Positions 39,141 through 46,854 of a DNA stretch of 64,000 bases are shown here, one piece after another; the stretch's first letter is position 1, and the number at the start of each line of letters is the position of its first letter. The position numbers and the translations under genes were made by a program. The DNA comes from Candidatus Zixiibacteriota bacterium. Its GTDB lineage: Bacteria; RBG-13-66-14; B26-G2; WVWN01. The notes beneath the pieces are model-generated. The model did no database searches. It was not told the origin of the DNA and saw only the letters and a list, made by a program, of their open reading frames with translations. The DNA is taken from the NCBI GenBank assembly GCA_050117845.1, contig JASFLY010000009.1, positions 33,974-97,973 on the forward strand, written 5' to 3'.

Positions 39141-40091
39141 ATGGCCGCGGACGAGATAGACTTCAGCGAGGTAAAAACCTACCCGTTCGCGGAGCGCGAG
39201 AGCCTCGTACGGGTAGAGGATTTGGGTCGGCCGCCGGAGGAACCGGCGGCCGTAGCCGCGTCTATCGCCTCCCTCCCGGACGTGCTCGGCGCCCGCAACC
39301 TGGTCCGTCTGGCCCGGGCTATAGTCCGGGCGCGGCGCGGCGGCCGGGGCGTTGTATTCGGCCTCGGGGGCCACGTCGTCAAGACCGGCGCGGGCCTCCA
39401 CCTCATCCCCCTCCTGCGCGAGGGTTTCGTCACCCACCTCGCCGTAAACGGCGCCTTCGTCATTCACGATTACGAACTGGGCCGATTCGGCGCGACCTCG
39501 GAGGACGTCGCGGCGAACCTGCCCGAAGGCCGCTTCGGCCTGGTCGAGGAGACCGGGGCCGAGCTGAACGGCATCGTCGTCGAGGCGGCCGGCCGGAGCG
39601 AAGCGCCGGGTTTACTCGCTGGCAAGGCCGTGCTCGAACGCGGAACGCACGCCGACGCGAGCGTCCTGGCGGCCGCGGCCGAGGCGGGCGCGGGCGTCAC
39701 GATGCACGTCTCGCTCGGGGCCGACATCATCCATCAGCACCCGGCGGCCGACGGCCGGGCCTGGGGCGAGGCGGGCCTCGCCGACTTCCGGCGTCTGGCG
39801 CTCGCGCTAAAGTCGCTCGACGGCGGGGGCGTCTTCGCCAACGTGGGCTCGGCGGTCCTCCTCCCCGAAGTCTTCGTCAAGGCCCTCAACCTCATACGGC
39901 ATCTAAACCCGCCGGTAAAAAACTTCACCACGGCCAACCTGGACATGATACAGCACTATCGGCCCCGCCAGAACGTACTCTCCCGGCCCACCGCCGGGGA
40001 CGGCGAAGCCCTGGCCATAACGGGCCATCACGAGATAAACGTGCCGCTGTTGTCGGCGGCCGTGCGGGCGTTCGCCCGCGAGGGAGAATAG
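39141..40091 (+). CDS. Deoxyhypusine-synthase-like protein (GSU2086-like), function unknown
   Basis: GGHVVKTG, NGA-x2-HD-x-E, EDVA, FGLVEETG, G-x-DIIH, NVGSAVLLPEVF-x-KA, GHHEI. Confidence 0.75.
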   Translation: MAADEIDFSEVKTYPFAERESLVRVEDLGRPPEEPAAVAASIASLPDVLGARNLVRLARAIVRARRGGRGVVFGLGGHVVKTGAGLHLIPLLREGFVTHLAVNGAFVIHDYELGRFGATSEDVAANLPEGRFGLVEETGAELNGIVVEAAGRSEAPGLLAGKAVLERGTHADASVLAAAAEAGAGVTMHVSLGADIIHQHPAADGRAWGEAGLADFRRLALALKSLDGGGVFANVGSAVLLPEVFVKALNLIRHLNPPVKNFTTANLDMIQHYRPRQNVLSRPTAGDGEALAITGHHEINVPLLSAAVRAFAREGE

Positions 40092-40109
40092 AGGGAGGGC
40101 GCCGCTTCC

Positions 40110-41060
40110 GTGGTATCGTGGAAGCGCGACCGCGTGCTGCACGTCTTCATAACCAAAGACCATTTCCCCAAATGCCACGAGGCGGCGCTGTACGGCGTCC
40201 GGCCTTCCTCCTTGAACCAGCTCGCGCAGGTGCGGGACGGCGACGAGGCCTTCCTGTATAACCGCGTCGCCGGGAACCTTTACGGCCCCTACCGCTGCCG
40301 GGGGCCGGTGCGCTACCTGGGGCCGGACGTGGACGCGCCGGTGTGGGAGGCCGCGGGGCCCGGGTCGCGCCGCGAGAAGTTCCGCTTCGTCGTCGGCCTC
40401 GAGGCCCCGCCCGAAACCCTGCGCTACTCGGTCCCGCAATTCTACGAGGCCGCGGGCGCGGCGGGCATAGAACTCGTGCCGGCCGACTTCGTAAAGCGAA
40501 GCGTGTACACCTTCCTGCCGGGGCACGGCGAGCGGTTCCGTCGGGAGTTGGCCGGGGCGGGGTACCAGAAGGCCATGCCCTTTCTTCCCCCCTCCCGGCC
40601 CCTTCCGCTGGAAAAATACGTTCCGGTGGATGGTAAAAATCTGGAATTTATACTACAATACGAACTGCTCGACGAATCCATGCTGGAATTTTTGCTGGCC
40701 CGCGAGCCGACGGCGCTGGCCGAGGAGATGGGAGCGCGCCCCGCGTTCAACCAACTCCGTATCGACGGCCGCGGCAACCGCATCGACCTCGTGTACGCGT
40801 CGGCCGATGCGCTGTACATAATCGAACTCAAGCGGGGCCGGCGGGGCGCCGAAGCCCGCCGGGACATCCTCCGCTACGAAATTTGGGCGCGGGGCCGCCG
40901 GGGCAGCCTGGCCGAGGCCTTCGGCCTTCGCCGGGAGCGCCCGACGGTCACGCCGGTGCTGGTCGCGGCCGGGGGGCCGTCCCGGCCGGCCGACTGCCGC
41001 ATATACGACTGGCGGCTCGACGAGAATCCGGCGCGCCTCTCTTTCACCCGCGTGCAATGA
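40110..41060 (+). CDS. DCD/EVE-like domain fused to PD-(D/E)XK endonuclease (NucS-like)
   Basis: N-terminal C-x4-LYG...GD-x2-FLYN...LYG-x-Y; C-terminal E...FNQ...RIDLV...IIELK...RY. Confidence 0.65.
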   Translation: MVSWKRDRVLHVFITKDHFPKCHEAALYGVRPSSLNQLAQVRDGDEAFLYNRVAGNLYGPYRCRGPVRYLGPDVDAPVWEAAGPGSRREKFRFVVGLEAPPETLRYSVPQFYEAAGAAGIELVPADFVKRSVYTFLPGHGERFRRELAGAGYQKAMPFLPPSRPLPLEKYVPVDGKNLEFILQYELLDESMLEFLLAREPTALAEEMGARPAFNQLRIDGRGNRIDLVYASADALYIIELKRGRRGAEARRDILRYEIWARGRRGSLAEAFGLRRERPTVTPVLVAAGGPSRPADCRIYDWRLDENPARLSFTRVQ

Positions 41061-41079
41061 CAACGGGCGATGATGCCTT

Positions 41080-41664
41080 ATGACGCTACTCGAAAAAGTC
41101 CACGAACAATTCCGAGAAACGGCCGACCTCGTGACGAGGTCCCTCCCGGTCACGGACAAGTACCTGGTTCAGTTGGCCCAGGAGACGGCCTCCCGCGTCG
41201 TCGTCGGCGGCAAAGTGCTTCTTATCGGGAACGGCGGCTCCGCCGCGGACGCCCAGCACATCGCCGGGGAATTCGCGGTCAAGCTCAACTACGAGCGGGC
41301 CGCCCTTCCGGCCCTGGCCCTGACCACCGATTCGTCGGTCATGACCGCCGCGGCCAACGACTACGGCTACGCGGAGATATTCGCCCGCCAGATCCAGGCG
41401 CTGTGCAACGTGAACGACATCGTCGTGGCGCTGTCGACCAGCGGCAACTCCCCCAACGTCGTGCGGGGCCTGGAGATCGCCCGGGAGCGGCGCGTCCTCA
41501 CGGCGGCTTTGCTCGGCGGCGACGGCGGCGAGGCCGCCCGGCACGCCGACATCCAGGTAATAATCCCGTCCACCAACCCCCAGCGCATCCAGGAACTCCA
41601 CTCCCTCCTGGGACACGTCTGGGTCTCTTTAGTCGAGGAACTGGTGTTCCGGGGAGCGCGTTAG
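41080..41664 (+). CDS. gmhA: D-sedoheptulose 7-phosphate isomerase
   Basis: GNGGSAADAQH, ANDYGY, FARQ, STSGNS, RIQELH. Confidence 0.96.
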   Translation: MTLLEKVHEQFRETADLVTRSLPVTDKYLVQLAQETASRVVVGGKVLLIGNGGSAADAQHIAGEFAVKLNYERAALPALALTTDSSVMTAAANDYGYAEIFARQIQALCNVNDIVVALSTSGNSPNVVRGLEIARERRVLTAALLGGDGGEAARHADIQVIIPSTNPQRIQELHSLLGHVWVSLVEELVFRGAR

Positions 41665-41668
41665 GGTC

Positions 41669-42670
41669 ATGGCCGAACCGAAGGAACTGCTCGAGCTGCT
41701 GGAACGCGCCTCCGCGACCCGCCTGCTTATAGTCGGCGACGTCATGCTGGACCACTACGTCTTCGGCGACGCGGCCCGCCTCTCGCCCGAGGCCCCGGTC
41801 CCCGTGGTGCGGGTGGAGCGGGACGTCGTGCGGCCCGGCGGCGCGGCCAACACCGCCGTGAACGTCCGGGCGCTGGGCGCCGAGGTCGAGCTGGCCTCGG
41901 TGGCCGGGGACGACGACAACGGCCGGTCCCTCCGCCTCCTCCTCGAGGAGGAGGGCGTTTACCTGGGGGGCCTCGTGGTCGCGGCCGACCGGCCCACCAC
42001 CTGGAAGGGGCGCGTCATCGCCCGCCAGCAGCAGTTGGTCCGGCTGGACCGCGAGGACGACGGCGACCTGGACGAGAAGCTCGAGGCCGAGCTTCTGGGC
42101 CGCGTGGCCGAGGCCCTGCCGCGCGTCGGCGGCGTCATACTCTCGGACTACGGCAAGGGCGCCGTCACCGCCCGCGTCGCCGCCGAGGTCATCGCCCGCG
42201 CGGCCGAGGCCGGCAAGATAATCTGCGTCGACCCCAAGACGAACCACTTCCGGCTGTACCGCGGCGTGACGTCGATGACGCCCAACCACCACGAGGCCAC
42301 GGCGGCCGCCGGCATCCGGCAGGCCGACGACCCCACGCTGGAGCGCACCGGCCGGGCCCTGCTCGAGATGCTCGAGTCGGCCTCGGTGCTCATCACCTGG
42401 GGCGAGCGGGGCATGGTCCTCTTCGGCGCGGACGGGACTATTGACCGCATTCCCACCCGGGCCCGGGAGGTCTACGACGTGGCGGGCGCGGGCGACACCG
42501 TCATCGCGACCTTCGCGGCGGCGCTGGCCGCCGGCGGGAGTCATCTCGCCTCGGCCCAGCTCGCCAACTTCGCGGCCTCGGTCGTCGTCGCCAAAGTGGG
42601 CACCGCCACCGCGACGCCGGAGGAAATAGGACAAGCCATCAACGGATATTACAAGGACGATCTAAAATGA
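41669..42670 (+). CDS. rfaE1: D-glycero-beta-D-manno-heptose-7-phosphate kinase (HldA/RfaE domain I)
   Basis: VGDVMLDHY, RLSPEAPVPV, GGAAN, SDYGKG, VDPK, TPN, DVAGAGDTV. Confidence 0.94.
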   Translation: MAEPKELLELLERASATRLLIVGDVMLDHYVFGDAARLSPEAPVPVVRVERDVVRPGGAANTAVNVRALGAEVELASVAGDDDNGRSLRLLLEEEGVYLGGLVVAADRPTTWKGRVIARQQQLVRLDREDDGDLDEKLEAELLGRVAEALPRVGGVILSDYGKGAVTARVAAEVIARAAEAGKIICVDPKTNHFRLYRGVTSMTPNHHEATAAAGIRQADDPTLERTGRALLEMLESASVLITWGERGMVLFGADGTIDRIPTRAREVYDVAGAGDTVIATFAAALAAGGSHLASAQLANFAASVVVAKVGTATATPEEIGQAINGYYKDDLK

Positions 42671-43551
42671 CCGCTGCCAACTTCGCCGACCGATTGACAG
42701 AACGCATCCTCACGACGAACAGCCGCATCTGCGTCGGCTGCGACCCGTCGCCCGAACACTTCCCCCCCGAACTCGCGGAGATGGACAACCCGGTGGCCGC
42801 CATCGCCCGCTTCGGCGAGGAGCTTATCGGCGCGGTGGAGCGTGAGGCCGCGGTCATCAAGTTCCAGGCCGCGTTCTACGAGCGCCACGGCGCCCCGGGC
42901 GTGGGGGCGCTGGCCCGCCACGCCGCGATGGCCCGCGACGCCCGCCTCATCACCATCCTCGACTGTAAACGGGGTGACATCGGCAACACCATGCGCGCGT
43001 ACTGCGACGCGTACGTGGCGCCGGGCGCCCCGGTGGAAGTGGACGCGGTAACGCTCACCCCCTACCTCGGCGCCGACGGCCTGGCCCCCTTCAACGTCTG
43101 CGCCGCCGAGCACGGCAAGGGCTACTTCGTCGTCGTCAAGAGCTCCAACCCCTCCACCTCGGACGTGCAGGACGTGCGGATGGAGGACGGACGGCCGCTG
43201 TACCACCGCGTGGCCGAGATGACGGCCGCCGTGGGATGCCACCTCGTCGGCGCTGAAGGGTACTCGGCCGCGGGGGCGGTCGTGGGCGCGACCTACCCCG
43301 AGGCGGTGGCCGAACTCCGCGAGGTCATGCCCCGGCAGTTCTTCCTGCTGCCGGGCGTCGGGGCCCAGGGCGGCGACCCGAAGATGCTCGGCGCCGCGTT
43401 CGACGAACGGGGCCTGGGCGGCCTGGTAGCCTCCAGCCGCGGCATCGCGGCCGCCTGGCGCGAGCGCGAGGGGATGAACTGGCGCGACGCCGCCCGCGAG
43501 GCGGTGCGCGAACTCAACGCCGCGGTGAACTCGATACTATCGACGCCCTAA
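42667..43551 (+). CDS. pyrF: Orotidine-5'-phosphate decarboxylase
   Basis: CVGCDP, AFYE, DCKRGDIGNT, PYLG, SNP, AVVGAT, PGVGAQGG, SSRGI. Confidence 0.95.
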   Translation: MTAANFADRLTERILTTNSRICVGCDPSPEHFPPELAEMDNPVAAIARFGEELIGAVEREAAVIKFQAAFYERHGAPGVGALARHAAMARDARLITILDCKRGDIGNTMRAYCDAYVAPGAPVEVDAVTLTPYLGADGLAPFNVCAAEHGKGYFVVVKSSNPSTSDVQDVRMEDGRPLYHRVAEMTAAVGCHLVGAEGYSAAGAVVGATYPEAVAELREVMPRQFFLLPGVGAQGGDPKMLGAAFDERGLGGLVASSRGIAAAWREREGMNWRDAAREAVRELNAAVNSILSTP

Positions 43552-44207
43552 TCGACACGCTCTTCGGCGAACTCTGCCACCAAATACCCGCCCGCACGCT
43601 CGCCGTCGCGGGCGTTCCGTTGCCGGCCTGCGCCCGCTGCGCCGGGATATACCTCGGCGTCCTCCTCGCGTTCGTGTGGTATCTGGTCCCGGGGCGCAAC
43701 CGCGTCTTCCTGGCTTACCCCGGCCGGGGCGGGACGGTACTCGCGGGGCTGGGGGTACTGGCCGGCGTCGCCGACTTCGCGCTGGCCTTCGCCGGCAGCG
43801 GCTACGCCGGCGGCAACGAGGTACGCTTCGTCATTTCGCTGTTCTCGGGGTGGGGCGGCTGGGTGCTGTTCGCCGGGGCGGCGACGGGCCTGCGCTGGGG
43901 GTGGACGGCCGACCGCAAGATCCCGGCCGGGCAGCTCGCCGGGTCATTGATACTCCTGCTGGTGCCGGGCCTGGCCTTCGTGTCGCCGGCGCCGTGGGGG
44001 GCGCGGGCCCTGGGGTACGGGGCGCTGGCGGGGGCGGTCGTCACGTACGCCGCGCTCACCTACCTGCCGCTCGCGCTCTTCCTGCACCGCCGCCGGACGG
44101 GAACGCTACCGCGGGCCGCCATCGTCGTCGCGCTGACGGCGCTGGCCTTCGTCGAAATAAGATGGGGTTACGCCCTTTACGCCGCGGCGATACGAGTCCT
44201 TACGTAA
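43551..44207 (+). CDS. DUF2085 family membrane protein (start uncertain)
   Basis: In-frame upstream of the track's TTG (43620) reads IDTLFGELCHQIPART, followed by P-x-CARC-x-GIYLG; multiple TM segments. Confidence 0.72.
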   Translation: MDTLFGELCHQIPARTLAVAGVPLPACARCAGIYLGVLLAFVWYLVPGRNRVFLAYPGRGGTVLAGLGVLAGVADFALAFAGSGYAGGNEVRFVISLFSGWGGWVLFAGAATGLRWGWTADRKIPAGQLAGSLILLLVPGLAFVSPAPWGARALGYGALAGAVVTYAALTYLPLALFLHRRRTGTLPRAAIVVALTALAFVEIRWGYALYAAAIRVLT

Positions 44208-44213
44208 CGTCCG

Positions 44214-45374
44214 TCAGGCCCCGCCGAAATACTCCTCCATGCGGTCGAAGGCCTTATCTATCGTCTCGGCCGAGTCGCAGAACGTGATGCGGGCGTGGCC
44301 CTCCCCCGTCGGCCCGAACGCCACGCCGGGCGTCATCGATACCCTTCCCTCCAACAGCAGCCGCTTGCAGAACGCCAGCGAGTCGCGGCCCTCCTCGGTC
44401 AAGAGTTTCGGGAACATGCAGTACGACCCCGCGGGCTTGACGTACGAGAAGACGTGCGGCAGGCCGTCGAGACGGCGGCAGGCCCGGTCGCGGAGCGCCA
44501 GGTACTTCTCGGCGAACCCGCGCACGCAATCCTGCGGGCCGCGGAGCGCGGCCAGCGCCGCGTACTGCGAGACGGTGGGGGCGGAGATGGCGAAGGGGAT
44601 GTGGACCTTCATCAACTGGGAGGCGAGGCCGCCGGGCGCCCAGACGTATCCGACGCGCCAGCCCGTCATGGCGTAGGTCTTGGTGAAGGTGAAGGTGCTG
44701 ACGGTGCGTTCGGCCATGCCGGGGAGCGAGGCCGGGCTCACGTGCCGGGCGCCGTCGAAGGTAAAATACTCGTAACTCTCGTCGGTTATCGCGTACAAAT
44801 TATTCTCGAGCAGGATTTCGGAGAGCGGCGCGAGCTGGTCCTCGTCGAAGACGGCGCCGGTAGGGTTGACGGGAGAACAGAATAGGAACGCCCGGGTCCG
44901 CGGCGTTATCCTGGCCTTGAGCGCGTCGAGGTCGAGGCGCCAGCCGTCCTCCTCGACGGCGGGGACGAACGCCGGAACGGCGGAGGCCATCTTGATCTGG
45001 CGGATATGGGTGGAGTAATTGGGCGTCGGCGTCAGGACCTCGTCCCCCGGGTCGGCGAGCGCCATCACCGCGGCGGCGAGGCCCTCGATGGCCCCCACCG
45101 TAACGATAACGTCGGCCGGGTCGGCCCGGAGGCCGTTATCGCGTTCCAGCTTCTCCACGATGGCCTCGCGCAGGGAGGGGAGGCCGGCCGTCGGCGTATA
45201 GCCCCCGCAGCGCCCCTCGTCAAGGGCCCGCTTGGCGGCTTCCTTTATATGCTCGGGGGTGTCCGTCGTCGGCTTGGCCCACGAGAGCATGGCCGGGTCG
45301 TCGACGTCCGCGGCCAGCCGCGTCATCTCGTGGATGGCCGAAGGGGCGATACTCTTCACTCGTTCCGATACCAT
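44214..45374 (-). CDS. PLP-dependent class I/II aminotransferase
   Basis: G-x3-LREAI, PVNPTG, DESYE, TKTYAMTGWRVG, PGVAFG, RITF; ATG at 45374. Confidence 0.93.
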   Translation of the reverse strand: MVSERVKSIAPSAIHEMTRLAADVDDPAMLSWAKPTTDTPEHIKEAAKRALDEGRCGGYTPTAGLPSLREAIVEKLERDNGLRADPADVIVTVGAIEGLAAAVMALADPGDEVLTPTPNYSTHIRQIKMASAVPAFVPAVEEDGWRLDLDALKARITPRTRAFLFCSPVNPTGAVFDEDQLAPLSEILLENNLYAITDESYEYFTFDGARHVSPASLPGMAERTVSTFTFTKTYAMTGWRVGYVWAPGGLASQLMKVHIPFAISAPTVSQYAALAALRGPQDCVRGFAEKYLALRDRACRRLDGLPHVFSYVKPAGSYCMFPKLLTEEGRDSLAFCKRLLLEGRVSMTPGVAFGPTGEGHARITFCDSAETIDKAFDRMEEYFGGA

Positions 45375-45554
45375 ATTCAACCGACCGCCTTCCTTAATTA
45401 TGTTAACCGTTACCATGATTGTAACGCCCCCGGGGATATTCGTCAAATTAAAAAACGATTACGCCGGGAAACTCCTTTAAAAATGCGGGGGGAATAGTTA
45501 ATATACAATCGGGGTCCTGGGGACACGGACGAAAACCTTACGGAGGATCAGGTC

Positions 45555-45908
45555 GTGGCGGGTAAACGAGTAATAGTGTGTACGGCGGCGGGGGTCGTCG
45601 CCGGCGTCGTATGCTGGCTCGGGTCGTATTTGGCGGGCGGCGTGCCCGGCGGCCTCACCACCGGGACCATCCTCGCCATCGTCTTCAACCGGGCGTTCCT
45701 CGGGTTCGCCGTCGGGATATCCGGGTGGCGGGCGCCCTGGGCGCTTCACGGGATAGTAATCGGCCTCGCGGCCTCGCTGCAAATAGCTATCTTCCCGTTG
45801 TTCGCCGGGGAAGGCGTCGTGCCGTTCCTGATGTACGAGTTGGCGGGCGGCTTCTGGGGATTCGCGGTGGAGCTGGTCGCCCGGGCCTTAGGCGCGGGCC
45901 GCAAGTAA
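45555..45908 (+). CDS. Small multi-TM protein, tandem paralog 1
   Basis: MAGKRV...CW...FNRAFLGFAVGISGWR..WALHG..IG...WGF-x-VEL. Confidence 0.8.
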   Translation: MAGKRVIVCTAAGVVAGVVCWLGSYLAGGVPGGLTTGTILAIVFNRAFLGFAVGISGWRAPWALHGIVIGLAASLQIAIFPLFAGEGVVPFLMYELAGGFWGFAVELVARALGAGRK

Positions 45909-45991
45909 AAGTCGAAAACCTGTATCGGATAAACTATTTCGGTTGCGGCGGCGCGTCGCCGGCCGGAGTCGTTCACTCGGGAGGGATAGAC

Positions 45992-46345
45992 ATGACGGGG
46001 AAACGAGTACTCGCGTGTTCGCTGTTCGGCCTAATCGCCGGGCTGGTCTGTTGGCTCTCGTCGCAGATAGGCGGCGAGGCCGGCATCGTATTCCACGCGC
46101 CCCTCGCGCTCGGCACGATACTCAACCGGGCGTTCATCGGGTTCGCCATCGGCGTCTCGGGGTGGCGGGCGCACTGGGCCCTGCACGGCGTCGTCATCGG
46201 CGGCCTGGGCTCGCTGCCGCTGGCGGCGGAGGGCCTCGACGCGCCCTACGGTTACGTATCCTTCATAGTCATGACGGCGGCGGGTGCGGTATGGGGGTTT
46301 TTAATCGAGTTGGCCGCCCGGGGGGTCGGCGCCAAAATGAAGTAA
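45992..46345 (+). CDS. Small multi-TM protein, tandem paralog 2
   Basis: GGAGGG RBS, ATG 45992; MTGKRV...LNRAFIGFAIGVSGWRAHWALHG. Confidence 0.82.
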   Translation: MTGKRVLACSLFGLIAGLVCWLSSQIGGEAGIVFHAPLALGTILNRAFIGFAIGVSGWRAHWALHGVVIGGLGSLPLAAEGLDAPYGYVSFIVMTAAGAVWGFLIELAARGVGAKMK

Positions 46346-46426
46346 ATGAAGACGGTAGGGGTTCAATTAATCCGTAATGGTCCCCGCGGGGACGGGTATC
46401 TCAACACAGCCAAAGGAGTAGCGACC

Positions 46427-46777
46427 ATGACGGGTAAACGAGTAATCGCTTGTACGCTCTTCGGTTTCATAGCGGGTATATTGTGTTGGATGGGGGCGAA
46501 GTTCGGCAGCGGCATGGAGTTCACGACGGGCGTGATCCTCGGCATCATCCTGAACCGCGCCTTCATCGGCTTCACCATCGGCGTCTCCGGGTGGCGGACG
46601 CACTGGGCGTTCCACGGCGTCGTTATCGGCCTGTTGGGAACCTTGCCGCTGGCGGTATACGCCATCGGCGACCCGCGGGGCCTGCGCAGTTTTCTTTTAA
46701 TGGAAGTCGCGGGCGCGGTGTGGGGTCTCCTCATCGAACTGGGCGCCCTGGCGGTGAAGGCCAAGAAAAAGGCCTAG
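46427..46777 (+). CDS. Small multi-TM protein, tandem paralog 3
   Basis: AAGGAG RBS, ATG 46427; MTGKRV...LNRAFIGFTIGVSGWRTHWAFHG. Confidence 0.82.
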   Translation: MTGKRVIACTLFGFIAGILCWMGAKFGSGMEFTTGVILGIILNRAFIGFTIGVSGWRTHWAFHGVVIGLLGTLPLAVYAIGDPRGLRSFLLMEVAGAVWGLLIELGALAVKAKKKA

Positions 46778-46795
46778 GCCTCCCCTTAAAGGAAT

Positions 46796-46826
46796 AAAAA
46801 AAGCCGGCTCATCGCGAGCCGGCTTT
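46796..46826. terminator. Bidirectional terminator
   Basis: AAAGCCGGCTC-ATCGC-GAGCCGGCTTT between convergent genes. Confidence 0.7.
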
Positions 46827-46854
46827 AACTTGCAGGTCGGGATAAAGAGGACTC

